Source: Leptospiria bacterium (lineage in GTDB: Bacteria > Spirochaetota > Leptospiria > Turneriellales > CBDBES01). From it: a stretch of 64,000 nt of DNA. The translations under genes and the position numbers were made by a program. Each line of letters begins with the position of its first letter. The stretch's first letter is position 1. The stretch is taken from positions 1,087,839 to 1,151,838 of the forward strand of contig OZ241995.1 of NCBI GenBank assembly GCA_965204465.1, given 5' to 3'. Under the pieces are notes generated by a model that ran no database searches, had not been told where the DNA came from, and saw only the letters and a list, made by a program, of their open reading frames with translations. This document shows, piece by piece, positions 57,774-64,000 of the stretch.

Positions 57774-58793
57774 TCAAGCATTTTTTTTATTATGGAAATC
57801 TTTTTCTTGATTGAAGGAATTTACAACCCCTATCACTCTTTTACAACTGCCCAGTGGTTTCACTGTATAGTCTAAAAAAACCTGATTGAAGATTTTATAA
57901 TCCCGACTGCTTTCGTTGCCTTCAATAAATAAAATTTTATTCCGAGAGCCTAAAATCTCCAGATACAACCTTTCTGGTATATCTTCTTTGGGTTTCAATA
58001 TTTCATAATCCCATCTACCATCTCCTGAATAAGACTTTACCCATATCTTTTCATTTTTTTGTCGAGTAAATGCGAAATCAATATCATGAGTTAAATACAC
58101 GAACATACAATCTTCTCGATGGCTTTCTAGTTGATCATACAAATTCTTTACCATTGCACGATGTAAATGAGTTTCAGGTTCATCAATAATTATTATTCGG
58201 TTTGGTTTGAGACAGACTACCTGCCCGATAATATAAAAAATGTATCGTTCACCATCGCTCATTTCAGATCCAGAATAGCCTTCAGATAGTGATACTTTTA
58301 ATCCTTCTAAAACTAACTTTCTGTGAGTTATTATAGATCCCCAAATACGTTGAACGACATCTAATTTTGTCTCAGGTACCTTATTATTATCAGTTTGATT
58401 ATTCATTTTTGTTTTCCTATATTTTATAGAAACGCTTGCTTCTTTGGCAAAAAGTAATTTTAATAAATCTTCATAATCATCCATAGAGTGTTTATGTGGA
58501 AGATGTTGATCCCGTGGCGAACGATTGCCGTAGCTAGCTTGCGAAATATTCCCTGAAAAAAAATCTTTTTCTGCTTCTTCTGGGGATTTCAAACTAAGAG
58601 CTTCAGGAATAACTAATAATCTTTGCGCAGGGATAAAAAAAGAATTGTTCTTATTCAGCGCCTTTAGTTGACTAGCGAATCTGGTTTTACCTGAACCATT
58701 TGCGCCAATAATGACAATTCTGTTACATTCTATATAATTTACTTCTGAATTAGTATCCTGTAATTTTGGGGGAAGATTTACACGCATAATCAT
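57774..58793 (-). CDS. Compact ABC-type ATPase fused to a DUF4435/Toprim-like domain (OLD-family-like)
   Basis: IIGANGSGKTRFA Walker A, SGSEMSDGERY signature-like motif, IIIIDEPETHLH Walker B, and C-terminal ILFIEGNESSRDYKIF (DUF4435-like). The ATG overlaps the stop of the RM gene (TAATG). Confidence 0.7.
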   Translation of the reverse strand: MIMRVNLPPKLQDTNSEVNYIECNRIVIIGANGSGKTRFASQLKALNKNNSFFIPAQRLLVIPEALSLKSPEEAEKDFFSGNISQASYGNRSPRDQHLPHKHSMDDYEDLLKLLFAKEASVSIKYRKTKMNNQTDNNKVPETKLDVVQRIWGSIITHRKLVLEGLKVSLSEGYSGSEMSDGERYIFYIIGQVVCLKPNRIIIIDEPETHLHRAMVKNLYDQLESHREDCMFVYLTHDIDFAFTRQKNEKIWVKSYSGDGRWDYEILKPKEDIPERLYLEILGSRNKILFIEGNESSRDYKIFNQVFLDYTVKPLGSCKRVIGVVNSFNQEKDFHNKKNA

Positions 58794-61700
58794 TATAGTT
58801 TTATTTCCTCACCCCCCCCCACAACCTTAATCTCCTCAGGTGTCAATTCGTAAAGCTCATATACAAGGCCGTCGATCTGCTTGTCGAGGATGTCGGTTTG
58901 TTGTTGATATTGCTTCTTTTGGATGGGCGAGGTGGTCTCATGTAGTTTCTTTTGGGTGGTAAGCATTTGTTCCACGAGAGAGACCATTTTGTCGTGTTGG
59001 GATTTTTGGGCGGGGTTGGAGAGATCGAGTACTTTTATTGGTAACTCTTTGACCTGACCAATCCTTATTTTAGGGAAAATATCAGTATTCGCTTTAAACT
59101 CGCTTTTATAGAAATATTGTAGTACAGTGGAATTTATTATTCCAAGTAAATATCTCAAATTAATTTCAGATGAGCGTATACAATAAAGGCTTCTATTTGT
59201 TAGTAAACCAGTTTTATTGAAAGTTGCTGTTATTCTATCTCCAGTTTCTCGTATTACTATTTTAAAATTTTCAAAAATATTCATCTCTTTTTTAAAAGTT
59301 TGATAAGTATTTTTGTCAATGAAGCTAATCGAATTTATAGCGTACCTTTTAATATCTTCCCCAAAGATAATAGGTATTCCTTCACTCACTTTTTTATTTT
59401 TACCTATTTCTAAACCACGAGTTACAGAAACTAAATCCTTGAGCTTTTTATATCGTCTGACTTTAAAACTAATAGGACCATAGCTGTAAATATATCCTTG
59501 GTTTTTGAAGTGAACTTGTTTTATCTTTGTTTCTTTAAATTGATTATTTCCCTGCTTGACATAGTATTTGATAGAAGGATAGTAATTCTTATTTTTGCTA
59601 ACTACAATTATAAAAGTTGGCATTTGAACCTCTTTAAAAACACCGTCCCCATAATCACGTATGATCTTAATACTAGCTTGTTCAAATAAAAATTTTCTAG
59701 AATCTTGATAATTCATTCCCTTTAGAAAAAGACTTGGTATAATAAAACTCAAATAGCCATTCAAATTAAGGACATTAAACCCTTTTTCTATGAATAGTTG
59801 AAAAATATCAAAGAAACCAGTAGCACATTTAAATTGTTTTTTAGCATATTTGATTAAAAAATTGTCAAGATTCTCATTTTTCACATAAGGCGGATTCCCG
59901 ATCACCACATCAAACCCTCCCGGTATTTTCTCGGGCAGATATGCCTGGTCATAACCGACAACCGCATGCTTTAGCTTGCGGTTGTCGATGGAGTCTTCGT
60001 CATGCTTATGATGATTGTTCCAGACATACTCAATAGCGTTCTTTACATATTTCTCTGTTGAAAGTTCCGTCTTGTTGGAACCCCTCGCCCAAAGACTGAC
60101 CTGCCGGCCTCTACCCACAGCCGAAAGCTGAAGCATACGGTTGTGGGTAGAGGAGGAATACCCCTTCAGGTTTCGGATGATATCAGAGATACTCTCCTGG
60201 GCTGTGACAACGACACAATGAACATGATCTGAAAGGACATTGCAGGCCAAAACCCTGTACCTCTCCCGGATAATCTTCTCTGACAAAGCATCCGCGATGA
60301 TCTGCCTGCTTTCTAAAGATAGTACCACCGGGTCTTTTACTTGAGTTCCGTATTTCACCATCTCTTCGCTGATCCTGCTTCCATAGGTGGGCCATGTAAT
60401 AAGGTAGGTCTTCCAGTCTTGCTGCACCTCTACCCCCTTCATGATTGCAGGAAAGCCTTCGGGGCCTTCCCAATCAAAGGCATTTACTTTGTGCATATCT
60501 TCCGCGCCAAATAGTGACAAATTTTTATCCTTATAGAAATCACTCCCTATCAACGAATTACCGCATTTGATATTGGTAGAGAGATCGGGCAAGAGCTGGG
60601 CTTGATCAAAACGCAAAAAACCCGCTGCGGTCTGTTCACTCTCTCCCTCCATGAGCTTTAAAAGTAGAGACAGCTTGGTCACCTCCACAGCCTGACGGTC
60701 GATGTCTACCCCGTAGATATGACGGGTCAGAATCTTCTTGTTTCATTTTAATGGAAAGACGGTAGGCATTCTCTCCTGTTTGATAGATATTACCGTCTTT
60801 TATATTTTTATTCAGAACCTGCTTTTTGGCGTAGACTGCCCAAGATACCATTTCAAAAGATAGTCGTAAGCTCTTACTAAAAAAGAACCAGAACCGCAGG
60901 CAGGGTCGAGAATGGCCAGGATATTTGAAAATGGAACGTCGTTCACCTGTGCCGGCAGGGATTTGGCTGCCTGTGACTTTTTTACCCTACCCCCTGTTTT
61001 TTGTTCAAAATCAGCAGGTTTTCTACCTTTGAGTTTTTCACCTAGTGTATTCTCTACGATGTAGTCTACTATATATTGGGGGGTATAGTATACGCCGCCT
61101 GCCTTGCGTACTTCTGGTTTTTCTTCTACCTTTGCCTGATGTGATGCGGTGAGGCGGATGGTTTTGCCTAAAAACTTTTCGTAGATAGAGCCCAAAATTT
61201 CAATGGGCAATACCGAAAACTCGTAAGGGCACTTGGGATAATAAAGTCCTCTTATAATAGAGTGGAGGGTTTTGTCTTCAATGTTCAGTTTAGAGATATA
61301 TTCCTCTGGTTTAAAAAGACTGGAATTATATTTTTCGTCTGCTTTTTTAAAAAACTCATCGAGTTGGGGGTATACCTTATTTTTGGCTTCCAGAAACTTC
61401 TTTAAGCTACCGTATTCTTCTATGTTCTGGTCTTCGGCAAAACGCAAAAAAATGATGCGGTCAATGATTTTCTGAACGGCATAATTGATGTCGTAGGTTT
61501 CCAGGTTTTTATTGTTTTTGGCGATTGTTTTGGCTAAGTCTACCCGCCATTCGTCTATGGTCTTTAAAAATTCTTTGTCAACTTCTGAGGTTCCTTTTTG
61601 GCGTTTTTTGTCAGAGATGTATTTGTCGAAGCTGCCTGTTAAAATGGCTTCTTGTGAAAAAGTGCCTTTGAGATATTCCCATTCTTTTTCATAATCAGTA

Positions 61701-62149
61701 AATTGGCAGTAGAATATCCGCCCCACAGAGGCATCGTCTCTGTGATGTGGCTTGATGCGGGTGTCGTATACGGCGAATTCTTCAAAGTCGGTTAAAATAG
61801 ACAAGGGAAGCTTGGCGGTGTAAGCATAGCGTCTGATCTGAAAGGCGGGTGAGGCAGCGTGTTTGATGTCAATTGACGGTTTTTTTGCCTCTACAAAAAA
61901 TTTACGGGTGCCTCCGATGCGAAAAGAGTAATCAGGGGCCTTGGGTTTTCCTTGTATGATGACTTTGTCTTCCCTAACCACTTCGCGGTAGTCTTCGGAA
62001 TAGCCTTTTTTATTGCTGACATCCCAGCCAAGCTGGGTAAAAAATTTGTCGATAAAATCAACCCTGACATTTGCTTCATCATACGAAGCTCTTTTATATT
62101 GTTTAAGGTTGCGTTTAAATGTTTCTATCAAGCCAGATAGATTCTGCAT
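58793..62149 (-). pseudogene. Type IIG (MmeI/Eco57I-like) restriction-modification gene: PD-ExK nuclease, gamma-class N6-adenine methyltransferase and TRD; two frameshifts and a domain insertion
   Basis: PDYSF...FFVEAKKP nuclease motif, GGVYYTPQYIV, ILDPACGSGSFL (motif I), IYGVDIDRQAVEVTKL, CGNSLIG and GGFDVVIGNPPY (motif IV). Three frames are needed across 60690-60850 (ORFs 60812..62149, 60636..60851 and 58793..60688). Confidence 0.8.
59924..60436 (-). mobile_element. IS200/IS605-type Y1 (HUH) transposase-like domain inserted in frame inside the methyltransferase
   Basis: About 170 aa between FDWEGPEGFPAIMKG and GGFDVVIGNPPY: WKTYLITWPTYG...LACNVLSDHVHCVVV (HUH), ISDIIRNLKGYSS, SLWARGSNKTEL and AIEYVWNNHHKH (Tyr motif). 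No stop codons at either junction. Confidence 0.65.
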
Positions 62150-62330
62150 AAACTCAAATACATAAGCTTAAATAAGTATGTCAAATAGAAAAATAGTTCA
62201 CGAATTTTTCAACAGAGAGCATCAAATAGCCGCTTCAAGGATTTCTCATAATCCCGCTCAATGTTCTTAATATGTATACAGAATAGATCATGAAGGTCTC
62301 CTCAAAAAGTAAATGCAATATGTTGATCAA

Positions 62331-62495
62331 TTATTTTTTCTTAATTTTTTCAATCTCCTCTACCGAAAGACCAGTGGTTTCTGAAATAACTCCCAACTCT
62401 CTTGCAAATTCTTTTTGCTTCTTATCAGACTTAAGGAATAGCTCAACAGAGCTCTTCTTAAAGTCTTCATCATATCTTTTTGCTTTTTTCTTCAT
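62331..62495 (-). pseudogene. IS3-family transposase OrfA N-terminal (HTH) remnant, 54 aa (below the track cutoff)
   Basis: Hand translation gives MKKKAKRYDEDFKKSSVELFLKSDKKQKEFARELGVISETTG..., resembling IS3/IS911 OrfA (RYSEEFK..AV.L.....S...vA.ELGIs). Truncated, with no OrfB. Confidence 0.45.
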
Positions 62496-62632
62496 GTGAA
62501 CACTCCTTATCTATGGTTCCGAGTGTCCACATTAAGAAAAAAAGAAAGAATTATTTCATAGATATAAAAGTTTTTGCATTGAAATATTTTAAAGTATTTG
62601 ACTCCTGCTGTCCGATTTAATATGTATACACA

Positions 62633-63514
62633 ATGTTCAGTAAAATCAAATATCCTATTCAATTCAGTAAACTTTTATCTTTTCTTCTTTTTTTATTTTT
62701 TTTACAAGGCGCATGGCAAAGCAGCTGGGCTTTCCCACAGATAAGCAATAGAGTCGCTAGAGTTTTTCAAGAAGTAGAGTTTGGTTTTCGTCATTCCAAA
62801 TTAGAAAATATTGAAAAATGCGGCGCTGAAAAAATTTATGGCTGTATAAGAATATTGATCAAAAGCCTGGAAGTGGATGATCTGGATATACGCCACCAGT
62901 CAGCAGTTAGTTTAGGAAAAATTGGTTTGAAAAAAGCGGTTGCGCCATTACAAAATGCTATCCAAAAAGTTGATCAAGAATTAGTAGAACAAAAAAAAGA
63001 AGCAGAAGAAGCAAAGAAGCTTTATCCAGATAAAGTAAAATCTGTGGAAGAAGCAAATAAATTTGAAAAATTATTAAAGATAAAAAGCGATATGATCCGT
63101 GCCATTGGATATACCAGAGATTCGAATGCATCGAAATATTTAGAATCCTTTTTAACAACAAGCCCATACCCTAAAATACGCGGCAGTGCTGCTTATGCTT
63201 TAAAGTTTACTAATAATGGTACCTCTACCATGGTTTTGATCGATTCCTTAAAAAAAGAAACAGTGGAATCCGTAAGAGCTGACATTTTAAGGATACTTAT
63301 AAAGTATGATCGATATAATGTGGAACATATCAATAGGATAATCAATCTATTGGCATCGGATGATCCTGTAGCCAGATACAATTCTGCTAATATTGCCTTA
63401 GATTTCCGCCTAAGTGAAGCTCAAAGAGACCTCAAAGACGCATTGACCATAGAATCTATAGAAAAAATCCGGAAGGTTCTTTATAAAGCTTATCGAAATT
63501 CATTTTATTATTGA
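62633..63514 (+). CDS. HEAT-repeat protein with signal peptide
   Basis: Repeated D..VR..A..ALG-type units (DIRHQSAVSLGKIG, KIRGSAAYALKF, PVARYNSANIALDF). Confidence 0.65.
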   Translation: MFSKIKYPIQFSKLLSFLLFLFFLQGAWQSSWAFPQISNRVARVFQEVEFGFRHSKLENIEKCGAEKIYGCIRILIKSLEVDDLDIRHQSAVSLGKIGLKKAVAPLQNAIQKVDQELVEQKKEAEEAKKLYPDKVKSVEEANKFEKLLKIKSDMIRAIGYTRDSNASKYLESFLTTSPYPKIRGSAAYALKFTNNGTSTMVLIDSLKKETVESVRADILRILIKYDRYNVEHINRIINLLASDDPVARYNSANIALDFRLSEAQRDLKDALTIESIEKIRKVLYKAYRNSFYY

Positions 63515-63524
63515 TCATTCAAGA

Positions 63525-64000
63525 TCATTTTATCTTACCGCCCGCTAATATATATTTTTCTTTAGGTTCGTAAAATACAACCGATTGTCCTGGGGTGATA
63601 GGCCATGCGGGTTCTTTTAATTTTACTTTGATGATCATTTTATTTACTGCATCAGAAAGATCTTCTTTTACGATCGTAGCCTTAACTGGTTTAGAATTAT
63701 ATCTAACCTGGGCCAAGACTTCTATTCCCGTTGTACCAAGATCATTTGAAGATAATCCCTGGAAGACAGGATATTCGCAGTAAAAATTTCTCTGATCTAA
63801 TTCATCTGCAGAACCCACTATAATATCTCCATTTTCTAATATTTGAAGTACATATAATGGCTTGCCCGTTGAGACTCCGATTCCTTTTCTTTGCCCTACT
63901 GTATAATTTTCTTTTCCCTGGTGTTTACCCAATATGCGTCCCTGAGAATCTCTGATAAATCCCTCTTGAAAATTAACATTCCTTTGCTTTAAAAAATTAC
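63525..64000 (-). CDS. mnmA: tRNA-specific 2-thiouridylase MnmA, C-terminal part (gene continues right of the window)
   Basis: ILGKHQGKENYTVGQRKGIGV and the C-terminal beta-barrel region. The frame stays open to the window edge. Confidence 0.8.
   Translation of the reverse strand, partial: NFLKQRNVNFQEGFIRDSQGRILGKHQGKENYTVGQRKGIGVSTGKPLYVLQILENGDIIVGSADELDQRNFYCEYPVFQGLSSNDLGTTGIEVLAQVRYNSKPVKATIVKEDLSDAVNKMIIKVKLKEPAWPITPGQSVVFYEPKEKYILAGGKIK

Noticed and set aside
58812-58820. The C9 tract at the RM gene 3' end as a phase-variation switch
   Set aside because: It lies in the last 8 codons, so slippage would barely change the enzyme. Similar G/C runs occur in housekeeping genes, and the gene is already frameshifted elsewhere.
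62290-62499. The plus-strand ORF of 69 aa (MKVSSKSKCNMLINYFF...)
   Set aside because: It has low-complexity, Ser/Phe-rich composition and is antisense to the better-supported IS3 OrfA-like remnant.

Overview
This 64-kb window comes from a low-GC genome (about one third GC by eye). LPS heptosyltransferase, many lipobox proteins and FapA point to a Gram-negative-type, flagellated cell; I cannot assign the taxon.
- 1-8.8 kb: the distal ribosomal-protein/secY/rpoA superoperon (rpmD' to rplQ, no infA), then tRNA-Leu(GAG) and dxs.
- 8.8-31.4 kb: mostly housekeeping. It includes ribBA, mfd, fapA, a homopolymer-frameshifted CCA-adding/poly(A) polymerase family gene, and a queG-EVE-queE-queD-queC cluster.
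- 31.9-46.3 kb: the standout region, a 14-kb accessory island ending about 260 bp from the 3' end of tmRNA (ssrA). Six same-orientation tandem arrays of a 51-bp GC-rich hairpin unit cut it into cassettes. Each cassette has a head module, a near-identical promoter/leader block ending in AGGAGG-N9-ATG, and variable secreted cargo. The head module is either a lambda-type gpW gene plus a chimeric portal-N::terminase-C ORF, or a GC-rich multi-hairpin element. The cargo is four patchwork-mosaic lipoprotein paralogs, an FBA-domain/S8 subtilase gene, and small lipoproteins. No recombinase is visible in the island.
- 47-57.5 kb: housekeeping (sppA, GT9 heptosyltransferase, menD, an AddA-like helicase-nuclease, a PLP decarboxylase).
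- 57.5-62.6 kb: a decaying defence islet. It holds a compact ABC-ATPase/DUF4435 protein translationally coupled to a MmeI-like type IIG restriction-modification gene. That gene carries two frameshifts, an AT-rich target-recognition segment, and an in-frame IS200-like Y1 (HUH) transposase domain inserted just before the NPPY motif. Gene relics flank the islet.
- 62.6-64 kb: a HEAT-repeat protein and a partial mnmA.
All calls rest on motif recognition by eye. No database search was run.
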